Assembly: GCA_010909165.1 (NCBI GenBank)
Contig: MU008202.1
Location: 62,001-126,000 of the forward strand
Direction: 5' to 3'
Length of the DNA: 64,000 nucleotides
DNA from: Anthoceros angustus
Taxonomy: Eukaryota; Plantae; Anthocerotophyta
Below the pieces are notes generated by a model. That model saw only the letters and a list, made by a program, of their open reading frames with translations. It was not told the origin of the DNA and made no database searches. Made by a program: the position numbers and the translations under genes. How positions within the stretch are numbered: the stretch's first letter is position 1; each line of letters starts with the position of its first letter. Below, one piece after another: positions 1 to 12,856 of the stretch.

Positions 1-12
1 CTAGCACACATC

Positions 13-1375
13 ATGAGTCGTGGGACTGGAGCTGGGTACGATCGCCATATCACCGTCTTCTCCCCAGAAGGGCGGCTCTTCCAGGTGGAGTATGCCTTCA
101 AAGCCGTGAAAGCAGCTGGTATCACTTCAATTGGAGTCCGTGGGGCGGACTCTGTTTGTGTTGTCACGCAGAAGAAAGTTCCGGTATGCAATTGCAGACT
201 CCATTGAGAGATATTAGGGTTTCACGTCCTGCTGCACGATGTTTTGCCTCAGATGATGGTTTTGCTTACTTTTAGGACAAACTTTTGGATCAAACTAGCG
301 TCACTCACCTTTTTTCGATTACCAAAACCATTGGCCTGTTGGCCACTGGAATGCAAGGTCAGATTCAGTATCTTCTTTTGAAATTGATCAAGGCTTGGGT
401 CCATTTTCTGCATAATACATCCTGACCGTTGTTTGTGTGCATTGCCTGGCAGCGGATTCCTGTTCTTTGGTGCAACATGCACGGAATGAGGCTGCGGAAT
501 TTCGTTTTAAGATGGGCTACGAAATACCCGTCAACTATCTTGCCAGCACGTGCGGAAGCTCTTTTCTCTCTGTCTCGTTATCAATTGTTTGAAGTCAGCA
601 AGGAAACTGCCATGAATTCTTGATCATGTGGAAAACATGCAACAGGCTGGCAGACAAGTCACAGGTGTACACTCAGCATGCCTACATGAGGCCTTTGGGA
701 GTGGGTATGAATTCTGGGACCCTGTCTGAAGTTCTTGGAATCGCCATAGTTTTCCACTTTTCTGCCATTGAGGGGTGCTGTTCATGTGCTCCGTCTTGTT
801 TGTGGCAGCTGCTATGGTACTCGGCATCGATGATGAACTGGGTCCTCAGCTTTTTAAGTGTGATCCTGCTGGCTATTTCGTTGGCTACAAGGTTAGGTGC
901 TGCCACCCACTTGCTGCACGAGCAAGTGACAGTGACTCCCATACAGGACTGATACCGGGAAGTTGATACCTGTTTTAGGCAACAAGCGCCGGTCTCAAGG
1001 AGCAGGAAGCTGTCAATTTTTTGGAGAAGAAAATGAAAACCAATCCACAGCTAACCTACGAGGAAACTGTCCAGGTATGGTGTGATTTGCGTTCTTACAG
1101 TATTGGCAACCTTACTTTGACACCCTCTTCTGGTTTGCAGACAGCGATTTCTGCACTGCAGTCAATTCTTTTGGAGGATTTCAAGCCCACCGAAATTGAG
1201 GTGAGACCTATAACGTCACCCGCGTTTGCAAATCCAGAAAGGGGGATCAGGACAATGCCTGAGCTTGAACGATTCTTTACAGGTTGGTGTTGTCAAGAAG
1301 GATCATCCAGCTTTCCGAGTTTTGACCACTGAGGAGATTGACGAGCATTTGACAGCCATTAGTGAAAGAGACTGA
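13..1375 (+). CDS. PAA1: 20S proteasome subunit alpha type-6, multi-exon
   Basis: N-terminus [32 protein letters not shown]. Exons joined at GT-AG sites: [65 protein letters not shown], ending [13 protein letters not shown] (TGA 1373-1375). Confidence 0.96.
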
Positions 1376-1641
1376 GCTTTTTACACTGTAATTCTTCCTT
1401 CATAATTTTCAATCCAATCCGGGGGTTCTCTTCAATCCGGGGGTTTTGAGCTTCGTAGTCAAAGCTTGGTAGCCTGAACAAAGCACTGTCGTCAGAACTT
1501 ATTATCATGAGACACTACAGACTAGGGAAGTTCGCGTGATTGGTAGATCTAGGCATCAAGCTAAAGACTGAGCAACCATCCTGGCAAGTCAAGCTCATTT
1601 ACATAAACAAATAGTATCCTCTACTAAAACTACACGCTAGC

Positions 1642-1752
1642 AACGGGAACGGGAACGGGAAAGCGAACGGGAAAGGGAACGGGAACGGGAACGGGAACGG
1701 GAAAGGGAACGGGAACGGGAACGGGAAAGGGAACGGGAACGGGAACGGGAAA
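1642..1752. repeat. (GGGAAC/GGGAAA)n hexamer array
   Basis: About 18 tandem GGGAAM units, read directly, between the convergent PAA and DCN1 3' ends. Confidence 0.95.
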
Positions 1753-1761
1753 GCCTTCCCC

Positions 1762-3970
1762 CTATGTGCGGTCTCGGGCTACTCCAACCTCGTACAGGTA
1801 CTCCACAAACTCATCGATCAAATAAGGCCAAGCTCCTTCAGCGTCATAATTCGATAAGGAAGGATCTATAGTCTGCAGCAGAGTAGGAACCAGTCACAAT
1901 CGCGCACCTACGCAAGAGCAGGTACAAACCAACCAAGATAAAAGGGGCTTACCCTAGAGAATTCCAGAAGCTGTGACCACGTATCCTTCGAGATAGCTTT
2001 GTTGTGCTTGGCCTGGAAACATCACGATAACACACTGATCTTAATGTCACCTTCCTCTGGGACTTTGACCTTCAGAGTACACCATCTCCATACCACTTAC
2101 TTGCAAGAACTGACACCAATATTCTACTAAGGGCCACGATCGTTCTGCAAACAACAAGCGCCACATGCCAACAGCTGTGTCGAGAGCCAAGGATTTTTGA
2201 CCCTACAAGACAGAGATCACTGGTGGCATCAGCAGCTTCAACCCAGAGAGTATCATATGGACACCTTGAAGTATAATGTTCCTAACAAGTGTGAGACCGA
2301 CCCACCTTTTCCTTGGCCCACCCAAAAGCGAAGTTGTATATGTCCCGAAACTTATCTGAAAATGGAAAGAGACTCAGATGTGAAAATGCACCATTTTACA
2401 CGCTAGGTTTGTGGCAAAGCAGATTCCAGCTGATGTAGCAGGCCTACTGTTTTAATTTTTGGGAATTGAAGATGGAGATCAAGCTTGTGAAGGGATGGCT
2501 TCACAAGATGAGCAGCTATGTGGCACTACAGCAGCAGAGGTGAGGACCGTACGTTCATCTTTCAGCTCTTGCCTTAGCGAGGGAAGCAGATACTTGAGTT
2601 TATCAAGAGAGTCTACGCTGCATAAACGGGAGATCAAATGTTATGTCATTGTGATTCAAGAACCTGAAACCAAATTGTGCATCACATGAAAGGAAAGGCA
2701 GCTCCTGGGAGAAAGAGACAATACCCCAAAGAGTGGAGCCCTGCAGTGAACTCCAGCTTTGAGAACTCACACATTGTAGCCGCTTTCATATGCCATGAAA
2801 TGACCAGCTGCAAACAGTTGTACAACATGTGGCTTAACAAGCAGCAACTTTACCACACAGGGTAGTGCCGGAACGTGACATACTAGTAGCATGAACCTGA
2901 TTATGTGCTTACCATTACAACATCGCCAGGATCTACCTGCACAGAACCAACATGCCAGACACCTCCGTCAGATAAGCATACCGTTGAACCAGCAGAAATC
3001 TCACACTTCTCAGAAGAGTTTCCTGCAATTTTACCTGCAAATCATCGCAGAACAATGATACCCCGTCTACTAAGATCATGTCCGAGTAAGGATCTGCCAA
3101 AACACACTGAAGATGAATGACTGGCTGAAAAACTAACAGACAACGAACAATGCGCTCTCATGTTGACTTGGTTGCAGAAAATGGAAATCGGAGCTCAAGC
3201 ACTCTTAGTTCTGTACCTTTGTATCTGTTGTAAAGCTCTTCAACATGTCGAGGATCCGTTGGTGGCCTTGATGGGGGCTGAGTGTAGAAGTACTCAAAGG
3301 CTCCTTCCAGATTCCAATCACTTGACTTCAGAGCCGCTAATGCAGCCTTCTCACTGCAACACCATGAGCGAATAAGCTGTGGTCGTTCAAATCATCCAAC
3401 CACTGCACCAATCCCCGCTGTGGCAGCAACACTTCTGATACCTTGCTCCCGCTGCAATTGACATAAATTTCTCAACTTTCTCACGATGTCCTCTCCCTAG
3501 CTTGTTCTACAATGGCAGCAGTATGACCAGGCGTTAGTACCGAGGGGAGCCCCTACTGCAACTCATCGTACAAGCTATGCTCTTCCTAGATGCCCTGTAC
3601 TGTCCATTCCTACAAGGGATTATTACATCCTTAGCTCAGCTAGATAAGGGTCTCAACGAATACTACGGACAACTTGTGAACTCTACCCCCATCCAGTGCG
3701 TACCAATGACCTCTTCACCTTACTTGTGAATACAGATCCAGCCATTGTGCTCACAGGCACGTACAACCACATACAAAACCTGCTGCTCACAGAGGCTAAG
3801 CGTACTGACCCTTGTCCTAGATTAGTATCCCTATGAGGCTTGAGTAAGGCTAGCGGGCATCTGACCAACGACTTCATCAAGTCAGATGTTTCTATAATGG
3901 CTCGGATTGCACTGGTAAGCACCGGCCTAGATGGGCAGCATAAAACTGAATAGCGAAGCCGGCTCACCAT
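1762..3970 (-). CDS. DCN1: DCN1-like protein (defective in cullin neddylation; UBA-like + PONY domains), multi-exon; missed by the ORF track
   Basis: Minus-strand exons translated by hand: [138 protein letters not shown]. Stop at 1762-1764. The start is inferred from an ATG|GTGAG micro-exon at 3970-3968. Confidence 0.92.
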
Positions 3971-4312
3971 CATTTCAGAAGCCACAATTGGCACAAACCA
4001 AGCGGCCTGACTGTCTCCAGAAACCTTCGCATTAAGGGCCCAGCTTGTGGGAATTATCGCACATGGGCTAACTTGTGGACGCCGCGCAGCATAGATAAAC
4101 CAAGAGTCCCTGCAGCAGTCGCAAGCAGAACGATTAGACAGCCGACCACGTCATCCAGAGAAGGTTGGGAAAAATTTCGTGCAAAGAGTGCGGCATCCAG
4201 ACAGGACCACATACCGGAGTGGGCAATCTCCGGCCACGACGGCGTCACGCTTCCCGACCGCCCTAGGAGCCTCAAGAAAACGAACCCACCCGACCTCGAG
4301 GTCGACCACGAT

Positions 4313-4365
4313 CCAGCCAGCTTCACAGCAACCCCAGCCAGCTTCACAGAAACCCCAGCCAGCTT
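4313..4365. repeat. 21-bp tandem repeat (~2.5 copies) upstream of DCN1
   Basis: CCAGCCAGCTT recurs at 4313, 4334 and 4355. Confidence 0.85.
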
Positions 4366-4949
4366 TGGGCGGCTAGGTGCGATGCATTTCGAAATGCATA
4401 GGCTCAAGTGGCAATGTTTTTTGCGCTGTTTGTTTCATGAGGCTTGTGGACCCTTGCTTGTCTGTGTCTCCCAAGCCATGCTCTTTTTGTGGTCCTACAT
4501 GGGGTTACTTTTCAACAAGGCTTTAGCCGGTGTGCGCGGCTGCATTTGTGTGTCAGCTTGGGACCTCCTGCTGCTACGCTCCATGTGTGGCGAAGCAAAA
4601 GCGCTGTGTATGCGCTGCAGATCTGTTTGGGATATCAGTCACCCTTGTTTGTGGCCCACAGCATGCTCAGCAGAGGAATGTCTGACTAAGTAATGGATGC
4701 ATTCATTGCTACGTATCTAGGTTCTTCCTGTCTGCTGTGTCTGAGCATGGTCGAACCCGAACGCCATGTGCAACAATGTAAGTATGTGATCTGGGAGCTA
4801 GACTTTTATAACTTCGACTACCTACTCGAAGGAATTTATGGGTAAAATTATAAAACAAATAGCAGTATTTATTTTATTAGTATATACAAAATATTTATTT
4901 AAAATATGGTAGATAGAGTCATAAAGATAGGATGACTCAATCTACCATA

Positions 4950-7900
4950 TGATAATGTGAAAAAAAAACCCTTTAAGTCCAGGGGGAAATGGAGGACTAT
5001 ATAATGCTTCATAAATAATGTATCGAAACCTACCATCGCTTCTGTCACATGGTAACCAAGGACATGAGAGACCCTACCGAACAGGAGGGTAGTTCATAAG
5101 GATCATCTATGTTATACTAGGGAAGCTCAAGGGCCTTTCACTATGAAAAGCCAAAATGGATTACGTAGTCATTGTCATGTGGAGAAAGATAAGGAGTGAG
5201 TATTTATATGCATTTTTCACTTTTCTTTCGATCACTAAACTAGAGCTTCTTGCCTGGCTTACAACACCATTTGTGAGTGCAGGACCCATGAATGTAAATG
5301 TTTCATCAACCCGATAACAAATAGAACTCATGAAGAACTCATCTCATAATTATATAAGATATAGACTAATTCAAATTAGTGACAGTATCAACATTATCAA
5401 CAACTACACATATTTGTTGAGTCTTAAATTTACTCAATAAATTATCAAAAAATATATAATTTGATTAAATTAATTATTATAAATAATTCCATCTAATAAA
5501 CTCATGTGTGGGATCCACATGGTTGGTGAGCAAGCTTCGAATCCGAGACATATTAAGCTCATTATCAGTAGTAATTTGAATTTGAGCGCAAAAAGTGTGT
5601 GTATTTGTTTCATGTGGTGGCTGATTATTGGAATCAATAGTTTGTAGCTCAAAATCACCTTCGTTTTCCATGATGATGTCTAGCATCTCATTAATAAGAA
5701 AAGGATCAAAAATATTACCTATTACATGGATTGTGGATGAAACAAGATCCGAAGATGGGGAAATGCTTGATTTCTCGCTATCCACTTTTGCCAATGTCAA
5801 TGCTGCAACAGCTTGCTGCTGAATAATGTGGTCAAAAAGAGGGTTAAGCCGTCCCTTTGAAACAACACACGCATTTTGTATAGAAAGTGGCATTGTTTGT
5901 AAAGTCAAATTACATGCCATAGCTTCAACTAATGGCGTAATAGCATCGCTAAAGTGTTTCGTTGCTTCGCGAGGAAATTCCGCCGGGAGCACATCCACAG
6001 CTAGAACTATAATTCCATCGCCATCCATATCCCCATGATAAGAAGTTGTAAGGGGATTAAATCGGAAAAAAGGTTTATCTATACTTGTTTGTATATGTAC
6101 ACATTCAATGGAGCCATTGAGATCGCATGAAATGTCCGCAATACCCAACAAAAGTATGCGTGCATTAAAATCGGAGTCGCTCTCTTTAATCAAGAATAAC
6201 TTTTGGATTTGTTGATTTGTTAGTAAACGTGGAATCTAGGTTCCCAATACATACGATTAATGATAAATGAGGCATAGGGGCAATCTTAGTATGAAATACG
6301 GTGATATTCTTGGATTAGCATAATAATGTGCTTTATCAAAATCCTTACATGGATTGTTATGTTGAACCATATGTGAAGCATCTATTAGACATCCAAAGAC
6401 TTTAAACCTATTGTTACATTACGCATTAAGAGTGTTTTTCACCAAATTAGGAAGATCTTTTGCATCGACAAAAGAATGTGGTAAAAGCTTGAAAATCTCC
6501 ATAGCGCCTTGTCCTACATTTCCGCATCCCGTAAAAACGAAGACTAAAGGACAAATAGCAGAAGGCAACCCAGTTTGCTTGATCTCTTCTCCTAGAACAA
6601 CTATTGCCTCGCGAGCCTTATTCAAAGAGGGATACATATGAGCAAAACCCAATCCCAAAAAGGGGGTTGAAAACCCTAGGTTTAGGAACCTCTCCCCTAT
6701 CCCTCGTAAAAAGTCCAACATCCCTGCCCGACCTGCAAATTCTCCAAAAGCAACTACGCGCTTACCCTCTTTTGTGGTGATAAGCTCATAGTCGACTAAT
6801 GTGACATCCTTTTGCAACACTTCACTTAACAATCCCATGTTATGGGCGTCTCAGCGTATGTGAGAAGAATGCATATGATCGTTTTGATAATGTGAAAAAA
6901 AACCCTTTAAGTCCTGGGGAAATGGAGGACTATATAATGCTTCATAATAATGTATCGAAACCTACCATCGCCCCACATGGTAACCAAGGACATGAGAGAC
7001 CCTACAGGAGGGTAGTTCATAAGGATCATCTATGTTATACTAGGGAAGCTCAAGGGCCTTTCACTATGAAAAGCCAAAATGGATTACGTAGTCATTGTCA
7101 TGTGGAGAAAGATAAGGAGTGAGTATTTATATGCATTTTCACTTTTCTTCGATCACTAAACTAGAGCTTCTTGCGGCTTACAACACCATTTGTGAGTGCA
7201 GGACCCATGAATGTAAATGTTTCATCAACGATAACAAATAGAACTCATGAAGAACTCATCTCATAATTATATAAGATATAGACTAATTCAAATTAGTGAC
7301 AGATCAACATTATCAACAACTACACATATTTGTTGAGTCTTAAATTTACTCAATAAATTATCAAAAATATATAATTTGATTAAATTAATTATTATAAATA
7401 ATTCCATCTAATAAACTCATGTGTGGATCCACATGGTTGGTGAGCAAGCTTGAATCCGAGACATATTAAGCTCATTATCAGTAATTTGAATTTGAGCGCA
7501 AAAGTGTGTATTTGTTTCATGTGGTGGCGATTATTGGAATCAATAGTTTGTAGCTCAAAATCACCTTCGTTTTCCATGATGATGTCTAGCATCTCATTAA
7601 TAAGAAAAGGATCAAAAATATTACCTATTACATGGATTGTGGATGAAACAAGATCCGAAGATGGGGAAATGCTTGATTTCTCGCTATCCACTTTGCCAAT
7701 GTCAATGCCGCACGACTTGCTGCTGAATAATGTGGTCAAAAAGAGGGTTAAGCGTCCCTTTGAAACAACACCGCATTTTGTATAGAAAGTGGCATTGTTT
7801 GTAAAGTCAAATTACATGCCATAGCTTCAACTAATGGCGTAATAGCATCGCTAAAGTGTTTCGTTTCATGAGGAAATTCACGGAGCACATCCACGGCTAG

Positions 7901-8802
7901 AACTATAATTCCATCGCCATCCATATCCCCATGATAAGAAGTTGTAAGGGGATTAAATCGGAAAAAAGGTTTATCTATACTTGTTTGTATATGTACACAT
8001 TCAATGGAGCCATTGAGATCGCATGAAATGTCCGCAATACCCAACAAAAGTATGCGTGCATTAAAATCGGAGTCGCTCTCTTTAATCAAGAATAACTTTT
8101 GGATTTGTTGATTTGTTAGTAAACGTGGGAATCTAGGTTCCCAATACATACAGTTAATGATAAATGAGGCATAGGGGGCAATCTTAGTATGAAATACAGG
8201 GTGATATTCTTCTGGATTAGCATAATAATGTGCTTTATCAAAATCCTTACCTGTAGGATTGTTATGTTGAACCATATGTGAAGCATCTATTAGACATCCA
8301 AAGACTTTAAACCTATTGTTCTGTTCTGCATTAAGAGTGTTTTTCACCAAATTAGGAAGATCTTTTGCATCGACAAAAGAATGTGGTAAAAGCTTGAAAA
8401 TCTCCATAGCGCCTTGTCCTACATTTCCGCATCCCGTAAAAACGAAGACTAAAGGACAAATAGCAGAAGGCAACCCAGTTTGCTTGATCTCTTCTCCTAG
8501 AACAACTATTGCCTCGCGAGCCTTATTCAAAGAGGGATACATATGAGCAAAACCCAATCCCAAAAAGGGGGTTGAAAACCCTAGGTTTAGGAACCTCTCC
8601 CCTATCCCTCGTAAAAAGTCCAACATCCCTGCCCGACCTGCAAATTCTCCAAAAGCAACTACGCGCTTACCCTCTTTTGTGGTGATAAGCTCATAGTCGA
8701 CTAATGTGACATCCTTTTGCAACACTTCACTTAACAATCCCATGTTATGGGGCTGTCCTTTGTGCGTATGTGAGAAGAATGCATATGATCGTTTTGATAA
8801 TA
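4950..8802. repeat. ~1.9-kb direct tandem duplication covering the 3' part of LKR and its downstream flank
   Basis: GATAATGTGAAAAAAAACCCTTTAAGTCC starts at both 4951 and 6886, and the copies align throughout. TGATAAT is present at all three boundaries (~4950, ~6885, ~8795). Confidence 0.93.
5477..6890 (-). pseudogene. LKR: 5'-truncated duplicate of the LKR gene (lacks roughly the first 90 codons)
   Basis: ORFs 6419-6838 and 5477-6193 match the 7392-9067 copy. It begins abruptly at the duplication junction with no promoter or ATG, and has frameshifts at ~6200-6420. Confidence 0.85.
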
Positions 8803-9067
8803 CGGTACCAAGCTTAGGACTTTTCACTCCAAGAATTAGGCCACACTTGGACATGTCTTCACTTACCTCACATCCTACCTCCTCATAACTTGAGTTTTGA
8901 TAGATGCGTTTAGTACATGGTTGTATTACAATTTTTTGAATTCCTTGGCTGGTAGGTTCTTGTTTATTTCTGCTTAAGAGCTCCAAGCAATGAAATGGAG
9001 TGAGTGGAGCCCTTCTCTCCCATTTATTTTCTTCTTTCAAAATCCCTACCACTCCATTTCCATACAT
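7392..9067 (-). CDS. LKR: Intronless plant-type lysine-ketoglutarate reductase (LKR domain + linker, no SDH domain), ~564 aa when the two copies are combined
   Basis: MYGNGVVGILKEENKWERRAPLTP, YAFFSHTHKGQ, AFGEFAGRAGMLDFLRG, ICPLVFVFTGCGNVGQGA, NCMYWEPRFPRLL, ADISCDLNGSIE and AVDVLPAEFP are hallmark plant LKR motifs. The linker motif GNIFDPFLINEMLDII is followed by a stop. Frameshifts after ~7880 in this copy are absent from the other copy. Confidence 0.88.
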
Positions 9068-10089
9068 CTTGAATTCTTCGAGATTCTTTTGTTAATAGTA
9101 TGCATAAACTAAAGGTATGATATATGTCTTCAAAAACCAAGATTACCACAAAAACCGTGTTTCAAATATAGATATTCCTTTCATATCTATTCATCTATTT
9201 CTCACGTTGTATACAAAATTGAGAGTTTATAAAATATTTTTAAAGAAAATTAATTTTATTTATAGATTTATCATTATGTATATTTGGTGAATGAATTTTA
9301 AGAACTACCCCCACAAGTTCAAATATTTTCAATCTGAATAGCTAATTTCTATGACATAAGAGAAGAGGTGCATTGATTTCTTGAAGAAGCTAACACATGA
9401 CCTTTTTATATGATGAGAATAGAAAATATAAGTAATATTTTAATAAAAGAGATTTATATATTATAATTAGGGTTTTCCTTCATATACATTTTGAGGTTTT
9501 TCTTTGTGTTCCTTGTTATTATATTCAATTTCAAACTTGAGAGACGTTCCTACTTCCAGCTTTAAACTTGGGAGACATACAAAATTGATTTGCATGTATG
9601 GTTATTGGCAGGTGAGTATGATTAAAATTGGAATGTATATTATATTTTTAGATTTATGTGAGAGCTGATTTTTAAAAGTTTTATATTTTTATTAACTGGT
9701 ATGATATATATATCTTCTCATTGGTAGTAGTCAATATAATATCTTTGTAAGAACACATATAGTTCTTTTATTTATGGAAATTCTTTTCTTAAATCAGACA
9801 AAACATGCATAAAAATTGTATTGTAAGACCTAAAAGCAGCTGTGTTGATGTATAATGCTATGAATTATGTATGAAATTTCAGAAACCACATGTAAAAGTT
9901 ATGTTTTTTATTTTTTTCATAAATTAGGTTAATAAACGATAAGATACATGTCTTAAACTAACCACCTAGTTATGCCTGCGAAGTGTGTAGCTCTTCGACG
10001 GGACAAAGCTGTGACGATGTCCTCGATGGCATGCGCGACGAAGATGAAAGGATGAAAGCGGAGTGAAATTCTAGCGTCCTCAGAGGGCG

Positions 10090-11765
10090 ATGGCTCCACC
10101 AGCACAGAAGTATGATGCAAGCAAGGCAAAGGCGCCTCTGGAAGCCACAGTGGAGGGAGCACCTTCCTCGTCCGACCCTTACTTCAAGGGGAATTTCACA
10201 GCTGCACTGGGCCGGCAGGAGCCGCTGGAAGTGAAGGGAACGAGCTCCCGAGCCCTGGGAGCTCTGAAGCAGGGGCCCAACAAAGGGCAGGGGCACACCC
10301 AAGTGAAGCTGTCGGATCACCACTCCATCTGCATCTCGGCAAGGGGGGTGGAGGTGGCGGTGGGCTCGGCAGATTCCGCTCTGTACATCGTCAATGTGGA
10401 GACGGGCAAGTTCGTGAGGACGATGGGGAGCAGGGAGTTCGGGCACACGGAGTGGGTCACGTGCCTGGAGTACTTGGAGAACGGGCGCATCTTCAGCGGA
10501 GGCATGGACAGCAAGCTGTGCCTGTGGGAGAAGAACGTCCCGAGGTGCAGCTACATGGTGGGCCACAACTCGGCCATCTCGGGCTGCCAGGCCATGGCGG
10601 CCAACGATGTGGGGGTGAGCTCCAGCTACGACGCCACGTTGAAGGTGTGGGATTTGGCCAAGGGCTTCAACGAGTACAAGCGCGGGGTACCGTGCTTGGG
10701 CACGCTCAAGGGGCATCACGGGCCTGTCACGAAATTCGTTCTGGGCGCCCAGGAGAGCAGCATCGTGAGCGGGTCCAAGACTGGGGAAATCATCCTGTGG
10801 GACGGCGCGGATGGGAGGCCGCTCATGCACTGCGTGGACGCGCACAACGGGGCTGTCACTGCGATCGCGAGCATGGTGGGCGGTAACAAGGCGGACAGGG
10901 AGAATGCGGGAACCGGGGAGATGTTCCTCACGGGAGGCCTGGATGGCATGCTTCAGGTTTGGGACTTCCGAGTGAGCCAAGGGCCTGTCTTCTCTGTCAA
11001 AGCCCACAGGTTCCCTTCCCTACCAAGTTTGCACAGCCTTTCACTCCATCGCTCACCAGCTTTCCTCTCTTGGGAAAGAGAAATTTTGCATATACGCATC
11101 AATTGCTGTAGCTGGCTTGGCTCCACGTCCAATTTCCTGCCTGGAAAACTACGTATACGCATCAATTGTTGCAGCACCATGACGTCACGGTTACGTCCTC
11201 AGCCTGCCTACTGCACCCGCACTCACCCATGGATATGATCCTGCTAAATCTTGTGGGCCTTGTTGCGCCAAAGCCTGCCTCCAATGCTGTGTGGCAACTG
11301 TACAGGACATTCCAAGGATGTCCAGTCGCGTTTGTGGGCGTTTCGATCACTGCAGGTAAGGCTCACGTGGTGACGGCAGGGGGAGACAAGGTCTTGAAGG
11401 TTTTGGACCCCCGGGCGTCGTTCCAGACTGTCCACACCATGCCTGACCACACCACCAACATCACTGCCCTTCAGGTCTATGGTAACACCTCCATCTTTCC
11501 TTCCCGTTGCGAGCTCCCAACCAAGTTGAGCACTTCAGCCATTAGGTGCACTTGTTTATGCTGGTTTGATACATCCATGGCAGGTGTACTGGCGTGGAGC
11601 GGGGCAGCGGATGGGAAGGTGCTGCTGCACGAAGTGGCCAGTGGCAAATGCTTGTATTGCCTCCCTCCCGTTGCAAAGGGCTCTGTGAGATGCCTCACTC
11701 TGGCAGGAGACAGCAAGCTTGCTGTGGCAGGGGATGACGGAACCGTGGTCATCTACCCCCACTAA
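10090..11765 (+). CDS. WD40-repeat protein of unknown function (probably 3 exons)
   Basis: Repeats GHTEWVTC..SGGMDSKLCLWE, GHNSAI..SSSYDATLKVWD, GHHGPV..SGSKTGEIILWD, AHNGAV..TGGLDGMLQVWD and VTAGGDKVLKVLD. Introns inferred at ~11010-11305 and ~11482-11583. Confidence 0.88.
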
Positions 11766-12856
11766 TAACACATCGCTAACACCTGAAACGGACTCACATG
11801 AATCGGACACACCTCGTTGCATTTGCACTGGAATCTTTTGGCACTAATGCTGCACAGAAACAGTACCACAGCTTTGTAAAGGCTTCTCAGGCCTTCTTGC
11901 TTGACGTTCAGTTACTGCCCATCAGACAAAATCACAGGTCACAAACTTGTAACTGCTCAAGAAGTGAATTCAGTATCTTCGGCGATTATAAGTCTGAACG
12001 AATGAAAAGATTGAATAGAGGGTTTCATTTTCAGCATCTTGAGATTGGGCATGGGAGATGATGAAGTCTGCCCATCCTGCTCATGCAATGTCAGAGACTG
12101 ATGGATAGACAGGCTTGGGTCATTTTCCTGTGAGTGACTGAGCTTTCTCCTGCGCTCTGTATGAGGGAGCAGGTTTGGGGTAGTTGGCCGACTGGCAGCG
12201 TCAAGTCGGTGTCATCAGGGCGGGGAACTGCACTTGCACAGTATTTCATCAGCCAAATCGGTTAGCTGGAAGCTTCATCCGAGCCCCGCGTCTTCTTTCT
12301 CCCAAACTGACAGGCCTTGCTCAGATGGCCAGCCGCACTCAACCCTCTCAACAATGACAATCGTTGTCAGTCTGCAGAATGCCTCTCATTTCCTGCAAGA
12401 CCTTGCGTGCGGCATCTACTTACCGCGTGTTGCCATTGCTCACGTATCGTGTGGTGAACGTGATTTGGAGAGGGAGGAATTTCTGCAACTTCTCCTCGAA
12501 TAAATGTCACGCAGGTCTGATATTTCCAGCTTTCTGACCTCAGATAAGATGATTGAACAGGATGCAATTACGTGTCCTCAAGACTTGACCTGTCAAATAT
12601 TATAGCTGCAGAGCATCTTTCACCCGCCTGGCATTCACGAGGGCAACTGATGAGGATGTCGCATACCAGCGCGAGCTGCAACCCATCTGCCAATCCGAAT
12701 AAGACAACGTCGCCGTCGCATGCGTTCTGTCAGTTGTGTTCAAACCATTTTCCAGCAACTTCTTTCAGAAGACTTGGAGAGCTCTCTGCAACTGCTACTG
12801 CTCTGCGCTTCAAGTGCTGACAGCAAGACTCGATAAGACATTGGGTTGACAAGCCC

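Noticed and set aside
4950-9067. Bacterial or fungal horizontal origin, or contamination, for the AT-rich LKR
   Set aside because: The protein motifs (GNGVVGIL..NKWERRAPLTP, ICPLVFVFTG, FDxFLINExLDII linker) are land-plant type. A phylogeny is still needed to exclude transfer from another plant.
12058-12141. Possible box C/D snoRNA (ATGATGA ... CTGA)
   Set aside because: The terminal stem is offset and no rRNA-complementary guide could be recognised; such boxes arise by chance.
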